Assembly (NCBI GenBank): GCA_015055745.1
Contig: SVHS01000003.1
Location: forward strand, 61,655-125,654
Direction: 5' to 3'
Source: Clostridiales bacterium
Lineage (GTDB): Bacteria; Bacillota; Clostridia; Christensenellales; UBA1242
DNA length: 64,000 bases
The notes beneath the pieces are model-generated. The model was not told the origin of the DNA, searched no databases, and worked only from the letters and a program-made list of their open reading frames with translations. Made by a program: the position numbers and the translations under genes. Positions 7,967 to 18,024 of the stretch are shown in pieces. Numbering within the stretch: position 1 is the first letter of the stretch; every line of letters starts with the position of its first letter.

Positions 7967-9208
7967 TTATTTAGATAATGTTTGTATAGCATTCATGAGA
8001 CCAATCTTACCATGCTGATAGCTTAGACACCCCTGTAAAAATCCAGCAAATGGTTCTCTCATAGGCCCGTCACAGCTAAGCTCTATACTACTGCCTTGAT
8101 TGAAACTACCACTTGCCATGATAATCAAGTCTTCATATCCGTCCATCTCCCCTGCCTCGAGCGTAGTATTGCTGTCTATGGCGCTAGCGTGCTGTATAGC
8201 TCTAGTGAATTTTATCAAAGTATTTTTATCATTAAATTCTATACAAGATACTATATCTGATAATGTGTCATTGATAGTCGGTATAGTCTTGTAACCTAAC
8301 CTACTCATCACTACACTAGTCAATATGACTAATTTCTTAGCCTGAGCGACGACATGAGGTGATACAAATAATCCCTCAAAAAATGCCTTGTATCCAAGCT
8401 CATAAGAACCAATATCCGTACCCAATGCTGGGCTGGTCATTTTGTAAGATATGAGCTCTATTAGCTCTTCTTTACCAGCGATATAACCGCCTGTAGGAGC
8501 TATACCACCTCCCATGTTTTTAAGAAGTGAACCTATCACTAAGTCTGCTCCCACGTCTGTAGGCTCTAATGTCTCTGTAAATTCACCATAGCAATTATCT
8601 ACTACGATATATGCATTTGTCACTGATTTCACGGCCTCTACTGCCCTTTTGATTTGAGCGATATTGAGCGCATTTCTTAGAGTATATCCTCTAGAACGTT
8701 GGATATATACAATCTTAGGATTTAATTTGATGATAGCTTCCTTGATCGCAGGTATATCAAAATCTCCGTCTTTAAGGTCTACTTCATGATAATGGATATT
8801 GTAATCTTTGAGTGAACCTACATTCTTCCCCTCTACTCCAAAAAGGATATTTTTCAATGTATCATATGGCCTACCAGATATACTTAGTATAATATCATAT
8901 GGTCGTAAGATGCCAAAAAGAGATTGACTAATGGCCTCAGTACCACAGCTAATGAGAGGACTGACAAAAGCGGATTCTGTATGAAAAATGCTAGCAAACA
9001 CATCAGAAATCTTAGTCTTGCCTATATCGTTGTGACCATAGCCACTGCTACCTATAAAATGATATGACTGTATCTCATGCTCATTAAAAGCATTGAGCAC
9101 TTTCAATTGATTTTGAAATTCGATATCTTCTATTTCTTTAAATTTTTCTATACAATCTTTCTCGCAATCATTGACCAAATCTAGTATTTCTTTTTCTATT
9201 TTAATCAT
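7967..9208 (-). CDS. PLP-dependent methionine gamma-lyase family protein (aluminium-resistance / YnbB-like)
   Basis: 413 aa. N-terminus ...QLKVLNAFNEHEIQSYHFIGSSGYGHNDIGKTK... is typical of the family, and the position after miaA matches clostridial synteny. AAGGAGA SD. Overlaps the miaA stop by 8 nt. Confidence 0.8.
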   Translation of the reverse strand: MIKIEKEILDLVNDCEKDCIEKFKEIEDIEFQNQLKVLNAFNEHEIQSYHFIGSSGYGHNDIGKTKISDVFASIFHTESAFVSPLISCGTEAISQSLFGILRPYDIILSISGRPYDTLKNILFGVEGKNVGSLKDYNIHYHEVDLKDGDFDIPAIKEAIIKLNPKIVYIQRSRGYTLRNALNIAQIKRAVEAVKSVTNAYIVVDNCYGEFTETLEPTDVGADLVIGSLLKNMGGGIAPTGGYIAGKEELIELISYKMTSPALGTDIGSYELGYKAFFEGLFVSPHVVAQAKKLVILTSVVMSRLGYKTIPTINDTLSDIVSCIEFNDKNTLIKFTRAIQHASAIDSNTTLEAGEMDGYEDLIIMASGSFNQGSSIELSCDGPMREPFAGFLQGCLSYQHGKIGLMNAIQTLSK

Positions 9209-10094
9209 TTAAAAATCTCCTTATCTCTACCCTAGCCTCTTCTATTGATAAAAGAGGAAGGTCTTGTATAGTCTTCAAAAATGTCATTTGACGTTTGCAA
9301 TAATTTCTAGTATGTTGTTTTATGAGATTTATCATGTCTTTCCTACTTATATTACCCTCGATGTAATCAAACCACTCTTTATATCCAATGGAAGTCATGG
9401 ATTGCATTTCTCTTGTCGCACCATGAGATATCAAGGTCTTTATCTCATCTTCTAAACCAGCTCCTATCATCTTGTCTACTCTATGATTGATGCGCTGATA
9501 TATCTTTTCTCTATCATCTATGATACCTACTGCGTAATATTTGTAATCTTTCAAAATACTCTCAGTCCTTTGTATATCTTCATGATTGCACTCTATCTCT
9601 AGATATCGGATTACTCTTTTTAAATTATTGAAATGCACACTTTCTGCTCTGGAAGGGTTTAGTCTATATAGTTCATCCCACACAGCTTTATTGCCATGCT
9701 TTTGTGCTAGCTTTTGATATTTTTCTCTAAACTCTTGATTGGCACTAGTACCTCCCAAAGAATATCCTTCTATGAGAGCTTTGACATACATTCCTGTACC
9801 ACCTACGATGATAGGAACCTTACCTCTACTGGTAATATCTTTTAGTGCTTTTTGCACATCGGATAAAAATTGCCCTACATTGTATGATTCATCAAAAGCT
9901 TTGATATCTATCAGATGATGTGAAATAGCTGACATAGTATATTTATCTACCTTAGCAGAGCCTATGTCTAAACCTCTATATATTTGGACACTGTCTGCAG
10001 AGACGATTTCTCCATCGTATTCTCTCGCGATATCGATAGCCAAATCACTCTTACCACTGCAGGTGAGTCCTGTGATAATGATCACTTTATTCAT
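9201..10094 (-). CDS. miaA: tRNA dimethylallyltransferase
   Basis: P-loop GLTCSGKSDLAIDIA, ..EIVSADSVQIYRGLDIGSAK.., HHLID. Start overlaps the mutL stop by one base. Confidence 0.93.
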   Translation of the reverse strand: MNKVIIITGLTCSGKSDLAIDIAREYDGEIVSADSVQIYRGLDIGSAKVDKYTMSAISHHLIDIKAFDESYNVGQFLSDVQKALKDITSRGKVPIIVGGTGMYVKALIEGYSLGGTSANQEFREKYQKLAQKHGNKAVWDELYRLNPSRAESVHFNNLKRVIRYLEIECNHEDIQRTESILKDYKYYAVGIIDDREKIYQRINHRVDKMIGAGLEDEIKTLISHGATREMQSMTSIGYKEWFDYIEGNISRKDMINLIKQHTRNYCKRQMTFLKTIQDLPLLSIEEARVEIRRFLND

Positions 10095-11908
10095 TAAATT
10101 ATTCTTTTAAACCACTTTTCTATCTGAGATTTTGCTACTACCGTAAGTATTGGTCTACCATGTGGACACAATAATACCGGATGCTTCATATCCAAATCTT
10201 TCAATAACTCTTGTATCTCTACTTCGCTCAAAGTCATACCTGACTTTACACTGCTTTTACAAGCTTTTTGCATAAGGTAGTGCTTGATTTCATTATTGAC
10301 ACTTGGCTTTAGATTTTTCATATCGTGCAACAAATCATCTACAAATCCCTTGAGATTGATGTCTTTTAATTGCATTGGGACAGCATTGATCATGATTTGC
10401 CTGTCACTAGATTTGACTATATCAAAGCCCAAATCTGATAATACTGTCTTTAGCTCCAATATATAGTTTACTTCATTTTCCGTGAGATCTTGTGTGTAAG
10501 GCAAGAGTAAATCTTGTATTACGACCGATCTATTCTCTACCATCTTGGTAAATCTATCATAATTTAATCTCTCATGTCCTGCATGGAAATCTAGTAAAAT
10601 CATATCTTCACCCTTTTCTAGTACGATAAACTCGTTGAAAATTTCGCCCACGATCTTAAAATCTGATAGCTTGACTATGTCTACATAAGAAGAATCTGTA
10701 GTATTTACCTTTGTATCAGTCTCTTCTTGACATTTTGATTCAATAGGCAAATCGAATATCGTCATAGGTGAATATTTTGATTGCTTCAAAGTAAATATTG
10801 GATTTGTAGGAGCTTGTGTAAGATTTGGCTCAATATTAATCTCTTGTAGGCTAGATAAATCTGTGGTGATCAAACTTTCCTCGATAGTATCATTTTCTCC
10901 TACAGATGCGTCGGTATTAGGATTCAACTGTCTATAAATACAAGCACTAGTGGCAGAATAAACCAAATCATACATCTTGCTAGGATTGGAAAATTTTACA
11001 TTCATCTTACTTGGATGTACATTGACATCGACATCTACATTTGGCATAGAGATATTAAATATATACATAGGAAATTGTCTTGGCATAAGATAATCTTCAA
11101 AAGCCATGTACACCGCCTTGGACACAATCTCATCTATTACATATCTGCCATTCAATATCAATGTCTGATAAGTAGTGTTTGGCTTGCTAAAACCTAATCT
11201 TGATACATAGCCTGAAAGTTTAATATTACCATCTGTCTTCTCAATATATATTAGATTTTGAGTAGCTTCTACTCCATACACACAAGATATAGCATCTAAA
11301 AGTGATGTGCCTTTTGTATAATAAATGGTCTTGCCATCTACTATGTATTTAAATGACAGATTTGGATTCGCCAAAATATAACGAGATATGATATTGGTGA
11401 TCTGAGATTCTTCTAGCTTTGGTTTTCTTAAAAATTTTCTTCTCGCAGGAGTATTGAAAAAGAGATTATTTACTTCTATCTTTGTACCCTGCTCACTGAT
11501 AGACGGCTGTATTTCACCAAATTTGCCACCAAAGACGTCCAAAGAATATGCACACTCTGAGTCGACAGTCTTGGTGAGCATACTAGTCTGACTGACATTT
11601 GATATACTAGCCAACGCCTCTCCTCTAAAGCCTAATGTGGAGATATTATCAAGGTCTTGTATATCTTTTATCTTGCTAGTAGCATGAGGAAGAAAAGCTT
11701 TGACGATATCATCGTGCTCTATACCTTTTCCATTGTCCTTCACTATGATTTGGTCTATACCACCATTTTTGACCTCAACGGTGATCTTATTTGCTCCTGC
11801 ATCAATAGCATTGTCCACTAGCTCTTTTACTATGGAAAAAGGACTCTCTACTACTTCTCCTGCAGAGATGCGATTGATTATCATACTATCCAATACATTG
11901 ATTGCCAT
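10094..11908 (-). CDS. mutL: DNA mismatch repair protein MutL
   Basis: GHKL ATPase N-terminus (INRISAGEVVESPFSIVKELVDNAIDAGA, DNGKGI, LGFRGEAL) and a C-terminal dimerisation domain. Confidence 0.95.
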   Translation of the reverse strand: MAINVLDSMIINRISAGEVVESPFSIVKELVDNAIDAGANKITVEVKNGGIDQIIVKDNGKGIEHDDIVKAFLPHATSKIKDIQDLDNISTLGFRGEALASISNVSQTSMLTKTVDSECAYSLDVFGGKFGEIQPSISEQGTKIEVNNLFFNTPARRKFLRKPKLEESQITNIISRYILANPNLSFKYIVDGKTIYYTKGTSLLDAISCVYGVEATQNLIYIEKTDGNIKLSGYVSRLGFSKPNTTYQTLILNGRYVIDEIVSKAVYMAFEDYLMPRQFPMYIFNISMPNVDVDVNVHPSKMNVKFSNPSKMYDLVYSATSACIYRQLNPNTDASVGENDTIEESLITTDLSSLQEINIEPNLTQAPTNPIFTLKQSKYSPMTIFDLPIESKCQEETDTKVNTTDSSYVDIVKLSDFKIVGEIFNEFIVLEKGEDMILLDFHAGHERLNYDRFTKMVENRSVVIQDLLLPYTQDLTENEVNYILELKTVLSDLGFDIVKSSDRQIMINAVPMQLKDINLKGFVDDLLHDMKNLKPSVNNEIKHYLMQKACKSSVKSGMTLSEVEIQELLKDLDMKHPVLLCPHGRPILTVVAKSQIEKWFKRII

Positions 11909-11918
11909 ATTTTACCTA

Positions 11919-14360
11919 TTATCTTATCTTTTCTGTCTCAAGCTCACTAAGCAACTCTTTTGCTCTATCTATCACAACATTTGGTAATCCTGCTAGGCTA
12001 GCCACTTCTATACCATAGCTTTTTGTAGCACTACCACGCATGATTTTACGTAAAAATACTAGCTTACCACCTATATCTTTGATAGATATGCAATAATTTT
12101 TCACTCCCTCATATTTGCCTTCCAATTGCATCAATTCATGATAATGAGTAGCAAATAAAGTCTTAGCATTTCTATTTTTTGATAAATACTCTACTACAGA
12201 CCAAGCGATAGAGAGTCCATCGAATGTAGATGTACCTCTGCCCACCTCATCTAAAATGATAAGGCTACTATCAGTACAGAAATTTAATATATTGGCCACT
12301 TCTATCATCTCTACCATAAATGTAGACTGACCTACAGCCAAATCATCACTAGCACCTATACGAGTAAATATCCTATCCACTATACATATATCTGCTGACT
12401 CTGCTGGGACAAAACTACCAATATGTGCCATATATGTGATGAGCGCAACCTGACGCATATATGTAGACTTACCTGCCATATTTGGACCAGTAAGTATGAT
12501 AGTCTTTTGCTCTTTATCGTCAAGATAACAGTCATTTGATATAAAGTCTGCCTTATTAATCTTCTCTATCACAGGATGACGACCTGCTACGATATTTATC
12601 TTTTTATCATTGCTGATATTTGGCCTTACATAATCATTTGCTACAGCCACAGAGCTTAATGAATATAGACAGTCCACTGTAGATATCACTGTCGCTAATT
12701 GTTGCATTAGAGACGCATTTTTTAATAATTGAGCCTTAAATTCTGTATAGATTTTTTCTTCCAGCTGTAGTGCATTTTCTTGGCTAGACAACACTTGCTC
12801 TTCAAATGCTTTCAAATCTTCCGTGATATAACGCTCATTGTTTGAAATAGTCTGCTTTCTGACATAATGATAAGGTACTTGCTCGCTATATTGTCTATTT
12901 ACCTCTATATAATAACCAAAGACTCTATTGTAACCTATCTTTAGATTTTTGATGCCTGTAGCTTCTCTTTCGATATTTTGCATACTCTCTATAGTATCTT
13001 CGGCATTCTTCTTCATATCACGCAATTCATCTAGACTAGCATTGAAGCCTCTCTTTATGTATCCACCGTCTTTTAATAGCGCTGGTGCATCTTCAGATAT
13101 GACACTGCGTATAAAATTTACTATAGATGTAGCATCTACTAGCTCTTTTGCTAAAGCAAGCAAATTTTTATCATCAGTGCAAGCCAACGCTTGCTTGATA
13201 TAAGGTATTTCATCTAATGAATTTGCTAGTGCGATACAGTCTTTTGGAGTGATATGTCCATAAGCTATCTTTCCCACCAATCTCTCTATATCTTGAATGT
13301 GAGACAAATGATCTTTTAGCTCAGCTCTGACGATAGTGTTTTGTACCAATGTATTTACCATATCTAAGCGCTTATTGATAACTTCTACACTCTGTAGTGG
13401 CTGTCTTATCCATGACCTCAATAGTCTAGAGCCACCACTTGTATTGGTCTGATCTAGTACCCAGAGCAAACTACCTTGCTTTGTATTGTTGTGCATTGAG
13501 AGCTCTATCTCTAGATTTCGTCTAGTGTTTGTATCGATATACATATACTGCTCATCACGTATGAGTTTTGGCATCTTGAGATGCTTTAGCTCTCGTTTTT
13601 GCGTCTCACTAAAGTATGCTAACAAAGCGCCTACAGAGATGATACAATTTTCATTGGCAAAATCAAAGCCTTTGAGACTAGATAGATTATATTGATTTGT
13701 GATTACCTTTTCTGCATTGTCTTTTAAAAATGCCCAATCATAATAAGTATTTAACCTATATTTTGTGATACCTTGCATGCAAGGAAGACTAGCTTCCAGA
13801 GCTTTCGCTTCAGCATTACATATAATCTCTGATGGAGTGATCTTCACTATTTGATCATTGATATAGCCCTCAATATTATTACCTGTATACTCTGCCACAC
13901 ATAGCTCTCCAGTAGATAAATCACCATAAGCATATGATACAGAGCCTTTTTTTACATAAAGGCACATCATATAAGTATTGCTTGATTCGCTAAGCATAGC
14001 AGTGTCTACCACAGTACCGGGTGTGATAATACGTACTACATCGCGTGCGACCAATTTATTTTTATCTATAGGTCCAGTCTGCTCACAAATAGCTACCTTG
14101 TAGCCCTTTTCTATCAATCTCTGAGCGTATGACTCATATGCATGGTAAGGGACACCACACATAGGTGCTCTATTCTCTTCAGAGCAACTCTTGCCTGTCA
14201 ATGTCAAATCTAGCTCTTTGCTACCCACGATGGCATCATCTTCAAACATCTCATAAAAGTCACCCAAACGGAAAAACAAGATACAATCTGGATAATTTTT
14301 CTTTATTTCTCGAAATTGCCTTATCATTGGAGATGGGCCTTTTTCTTTTGCATTACTCAT
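11919..14360 (-). CDS. mutS: DNA mismatch repair protein MutS
   Basis: SPMIRQFREIK..FFRLGDFYEMFEDDA mismatch-binding motif, Walker A GPNMAGKST, DEVGRGTSTFDG. Confidence 0.96.
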   Translation of the reverse strand: MSNAKEKGPSPMIRQFREIKKNYPDCILFFRLGDFYEMFEDDAIVGSKELDLTLTGKSCSEENRAPMCGVPYHAYESYAQRLIEKGYKVAICEQTGPIDKNKLVARDVVRIITPGTVVDTAMLSESSNTYMMCLYVKKGSVSYAYGDLSTGELCVAEYTGNNIEGYINDQIVKITPSEIICNAEAKALEASLPCMQGITKYRLNTYYDWAFLKDNAEKVITNQYNLSSLKGFDFANENCIISVGALLAYFSETQKRELKHLKMPKLIRDEQYMYIDTNTRRNLEIELSMHNNTKQGSLLWVLDQTNTSGGSRLLRSWIRQPLQSVEVINKRLDMVNTLVQNTIVRAELKDHLSHIQDIERLVGKIAYGHITPKDCIALANSLDEIPYIKQALACTDDKNLLALAKELVDATSIVNFIRSVISEDAPALLKDGGYIKRGFNASLDELRDMKKNAEDTIESMQNIEREATGIKNLKIGYNRVFGYYIEVNRQYSEQVPYHYVRKQTISNNERYITEDLKAFEEQVLSSQENALQLEEKIYTEFKAQLLKNASLMQQLATVISTVDCLYSLSSVAVANDYVRPNISNDKKINIVAGRHPVIEKINKADFISNDCYLDDKEQKTIILTGPNMAGKSTYMRQVALITYMAHIGSFVPAESADICIVDRIFTRIGASDDLAVGQSTFMVEMIEVANILNFCTDSSLIILDEVGRGTSTFDGLSIAWSVVEYLSKNRNAKTLFATHYHELMQLEGKYEGVKNYCISIKDIGGKLVFLRKIMRGSATKSYGIEVASLAGLPNVVIDRAKELLSELETEKIR

Positions 14361-15681
14361 CTATTACTCCTGATAATTTATGATTTCTAATATCTTCTAC
14401 CTTTACATTGGCAAAATAATTTTGATTTGCAAATTGATAATTTGGTATATATATTTCCTTGCCACCGTCTGTGATACCCACTGCCACACCATTAATGTGC
14501 TTGATGAGACAATTGTATGTCTTTTTAAAACATTTCTTGAGCTGATCTTTTTGTATAATCTTTTGCAGACGAAGAAGATTATTCACTCTCTTGGTCTTGA
14601 TATAATCTTCTACTTGATTATCAAAAGTAGCAGCAGGAGTGCCTTTTCTCTTTGAGTACATAAAAGCAAATAGCTGGTCATATTTAACCTTTTTCATTAG
14701 CTTTAATGTCTTGAGATAATCCGCATCTGTCTCTCCTGGGAAACCTACTATAATGTCAGTAGACAAAGAAATATTTGGTATAGCTCTCTTCACTTTCTTT
14801 ATGATAGACATATATTGCTTGATATCATAATGTCTATTCATTTTCTTGAGTATAGCTGTACTGCCTGACTGTACTGGTAGATGAAGAGTCTTGGCTACCT
14901 TAGGCTCATTTTTCATCACTTTGATCAAATCATCGCTAAAGTCCATAGGATGCGAGGTCATAAACTTAATCTTAAAATCACCCTCTATCCTACACAAATG
15001 AGTGAGTAGCTCACTAAATGTAGTCTTGTCTGTGAGATCTTTACCATAAGAATTGACATTTTGACCTAGCAAAGTGATATATTTGTAGCCTTGATTTTGT
15101 ACCAAGTCTTTTACTTCTTTATATATCTCATCTATTGGTCTACTCTTTTCTCTCCCTCTCACGTATGGCACTATACAATAAGTGCAAAATTTGTTGCAAC
15201 CGTATATGATATTTACATAAGCATTAATCTTATCATCTCGTATACAGTTTCCTATATCCATACTCTCTGTAGGAGATTCTAGTATCTCGTATATCTTTTC
15301 TTTTTTCTCTGCTAGTCGAGTGAGATATTGACCCAAGAGATTGATATTGTGCGTACCTATAATGATATCCACTATAGGGAGCTTTTTCTTAAGGTCATAC
15401 TTACCTTCCTTTTGCTGAGGCATACAGCCACACATTACTATTACTCTAGAGTCATCTTCTGCTTTCCATTTCTTAAGAGCAGCTATATTGCTATAAGCCT
15501 TGTCCTCAGCACCTTCTCTGATACAGCAAGTATTGAATACCACGACAGTAGCATCATTAATCTCATCTGTCTCCAACATACCAAGGGACGCTAAAATACC
15601 ACGAATCTTCTCTGACTCGTGTACATTCATCTGACAACCATATGTCACTACGTGAAAAAATTTACCTGTATATTTATTCAT
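14353..15681 (-). CDS. miaB: tRNA-i6A37 methylthiotransferase (radical SAM)
   Basis: UPF0004 N-domain (FHVVTYGCQMNVHESE), radical SAM CNKFCTYCIVP, and a C-terminal TRAM-like region. Confidence 0.92.
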   Translation of the reverse strand: MNKYTGKFFHVVTYGCQMNVHESEKIRGILASLGMLETDEINDATVVVFNTCCIREGAEDKAYSNIAALKKWKAEDDSRVIVMCGCMPQQKEGKYDLKKKLPIVDIIIGTHNINLLGQYLTRLAEKKEKIYEILESPTESMDIGNCIRDDKINAYVNIIYGCNKFCTYCIVPYVRGREKSRPIDEIYKEVKDLVQNQGYKYITLLGQNVNSYGKDLTDKTTFSELLTHLCRIEGDFKIKFMTSHPMDFSDDLIKVMKNEPKVAKTLHLPVQSGSTAILKKMNRHYDIKQYMSIIKKVKRAIPNISLSTDIIVGFPGETDADYLKTLKLMKKVKYDQLFAFMYSKRKGTPAATFDNQVEDYIKTKRVNNLLRLQKIIQKDQLKKCFKKTYNCLIKHINGVAVGITDGGKEIYIPNYQFANQNYFANVKVEDIRNHKLSGVIDE

Positions 15682-15716
15682 GCGATTATTATAATATAAA
15701 GTCCAACATTTTTCAA
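15682..15716 (-). promoter_or_regulatory. Consensus promoter placed for a leaderless miaB mRNA
   Basis: The minus strand reads TTGAAA (15716-15711), 17 nt, TATAAT (15693-15688), 6 nt, ATG (15681). No SD fits in the 6-nt gap. Confidence 0.65.
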
Positions 15717-15765
15717 CCTTTTTCGATAGATTACTAATTAAAATTAGTAGATTGCAAATAATACA

Positions 15766-18024
15766 ATGATGATCAAAAAGAAAAAAGGGTTCAAAAAAGT
15801 ATTACTAATCTTATGCATTATCATTAGCATTATATTTTTTAGTATCCTTATCACTATTACTATACTTTACCATAAATACGACCTAGATATAGACAAACTC
15901 ACTAGTCAAAACAATGGTATACGAGTATACTCTTCTACTGGCATAGACAATACCTTATACAATACAGATAGATCAATAGTAGAGATAGAAACATTGCCTG
16001 ATTATGTGCCTCAAGCATTTATAGATATAGAAGACAAACGCTTTTATGAGCACAATGGTTTTGATATCAAGCGAATAGTAAAAGCTAGCATGGTAAATCT
16101 AGCTAGCCAATCAAAATCACAAGGAGCCTCTACTATCAGTCAGCAGCTGATCAAAAATGCATTATTGGACAATAAAAAGACATATGCTAGAAAAATCAAA
16201 GAAATCATCTTGTCCATCAAACTAGAAAAAGAATTTACAAAGGACGAAATATTAGAGATGTACCTTAATACTATTTACTTTGGATCAAATGCTTATGGTA
16301 TAGAAAATGCTAGTATGACTTACTTTAATAAATCTGCAAAAGACTTGAGTATAAATGAAGTTTGTTGTCTAGCAGGACTAATCAAGTCCCCAAACTACTA
16401 CTCTCCTAAAAATAATTATAACAATGCCATAAAAAGACGCAATTTGGTGGCGGAAAAGATGCTCTCTGCTGGAAATATATCCAACGAACAATATGATGAA
16501 GTCTTATCTTCAGATTTGGTTATTGCGGCACAAAAACAAGTAGATCATAGCTATGAAGAAGAAGCTATCATTGAAGCTTGTAGATTATTAAATATCAGCG
16601 AACGTGAGCTTATCAATAATAAATATCAAATCATTACTTTTAAAAATGATGATTTACAGCAAGCAGTAGTAGAGATAAATAATAAGATAATCACGTCAGC
16701 TGAAGACAATACGGCGAGTAATTTAGATAGCCTTTCTGTAGTGGCAGACAATGATGGCAAAATCTTGGCATATTATGCAAACAGTCATTATGATCTGCAC
16801 GGTCTAAAACGTCAGCCAGCATCTACATTAAAACCACTAGCTGTGTATCTGCCATGTATCTCACACAATATATTGTCTTCAGCAACTGAGATACTAGACG
16901 AAGAGATAGATTTCAATGGTTTTAGTCCACAAAATGCAGACATGAAATATCATGGATATGTCACCACACGAGAGGCTTTAGCTCATTCACTAAATGTCCC
17001 AGCTGTCAAGGCTCTAGACTATGTAGGACTCAAAAAATCTAGAGAAATGCTCACAAACTTAGGTATAAACATATCAAATAGCGATATGAATCTTAGCCTT
17101 GCCTTAGGTGCTGTAAAAAATGGCGTAAATATACTAGAGCTAATGAATGCCTACTCTACCATAGCAAATATGGGTGAATATCATAGTCTTTCTTTTGTCG
17201 ATAAAATATTGGACAGTCAAGGTAATACAATCTACTCTCATGATGATTTCAATCAAAAAGTGGTAGATGCTGACAGCTGTTTTATACTTACAGATATGTT
17301 AAAAGACTCCACAAAATATGGTACAGCCAAGCGTATGGCATCTCTAAATATTCCTATAGCAAGTAAGACCGGTACAGCTAGTGTAGATGCTGGTAATACT
17401 GATCTATACAATGTCGCCTACACTACTGAGCACACAATACTAACATGGATAGCGAATATAGGAGACGGATTATTACCATCTAATCTCCTCAGTTCTTCTC
17501 AACCTACTGACATAAATAAAGATATATGTCAGCACTTATATAAAGATAAGGCACCTAAAGACTTTGATATTCCTGCTGGTGTAAGCAAATACCCTTTTGA
17601 TCTAATAGAAAAGGAAGAAAATCACACTTTGATAGCTCCTCTGCAAAACAAAGAACGATATATAGGTTATGATTATTTCAAGCATAATAATGCTCCAATA
17701 GTATTGGATATAAAAGATGATGTGTATCTCAAGATAGATATAGATAAAGCGGGTGCGAATATTACTTTTGATGCCAAAAAAAATCGTATATATCTAGTAC
17801 ATAAGCGAATAAATGGTGTCGATAGTATACTGCAAGAAATAAGTGACACAAATAACGCGTCACTCATTGATTATGAGATATTTAGTAGCGAAGAAATAGA
17901 ATATTATATCACTGATGAAAATGGTGAAGTCATCAGTAATAGCGTCACCATTAGACCAAAAGATTTCATTATAAATCGACTAAATATAGAAATATTGTCA
18001 AATAAGAAAAAGTGGTATGTATGA
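15766..18024 (+). CDS. Class A penicillin-binding protein (glycosyltransferase + transpeptidase)
   Basis: N-terminal TM helix. GT51 motifs EDKRFYEHNGFD and GASTISQQL. Transpeptidase STLKP (SxxK) and KTGT. C-terminal ~130-aa extension. Confidence 0.93.
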   Translation: MMIKKKKGFKKVLLILCIIISIIFFSILITITILYHKYDLDIDKLTSQNNGIRVYSSTGIDNTLYNTDRSIVEIETLPDYVPQAFIDIEDKRFYEHNGFDIKRIVKASMVNLASQSKSQGASTISQQLIKNALLDNKKTYARKIKEIILSIKLEKEFTKDEILEMYLNTIYFGSNAYGIENASMTYFNKSAKDLSINEVCCLAGLIKSPNYYSPKNNYNNAIKRRNLVAEKMLSAGNISNEQYDEVLSSDLVIAAQKQVDHSYEEEAIIEACRLLNISERELINNKYQIITFKNDDLQQAVVEINNKIITSAEDNTASNLDSLSVVADNDGKILAYYANSHYDLHGLKRQPASTLKPLAVYLPCISHNILSSATEILDEEIDFNGFSPQNADMKYHGYVTTREALAHSLNVPAVKALDYVGLKKSREMLTNLGINISNSDMNLSLALGAVKNGVNILELMNAYSTIANMGEYHSLSFVDKILDSQGNTIYSHDDFNQKVVDADSCFILTDMLKDSTKYGTAKRMASLNIPIASKTGTASVDAGNTDLYNVAYTTEHTILTWIANIGDGLLPSNLLSSSQPTDINKDICQHLYKDKAPKDFDIPAGVSKYPFDLIEKEENHTLIAPLQNKERYIGYDYFKHNNAPIVLDIKDDVYLKIDIDKAGANITFDAKKNRIYLVHKRINGVDSILQEISDTNNASLIDYEIFSSEEIEYYITDENGEVISNSVTIRPKDFIINRLNIEILSNKKKWYV

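Noticed and set aside
7636-7992. 118-aa minus ORF, plus the 77- and 75-aa plus ORFs in the serS/ynbB-like gap
   Set aside because: They have no SD, mutually overlapping frames and AT-driven I/K/F/L composition. The 118-aa ORF would have to start inside the upstream gene's 3' end and run through its terminator. I treat the region as non-coding.
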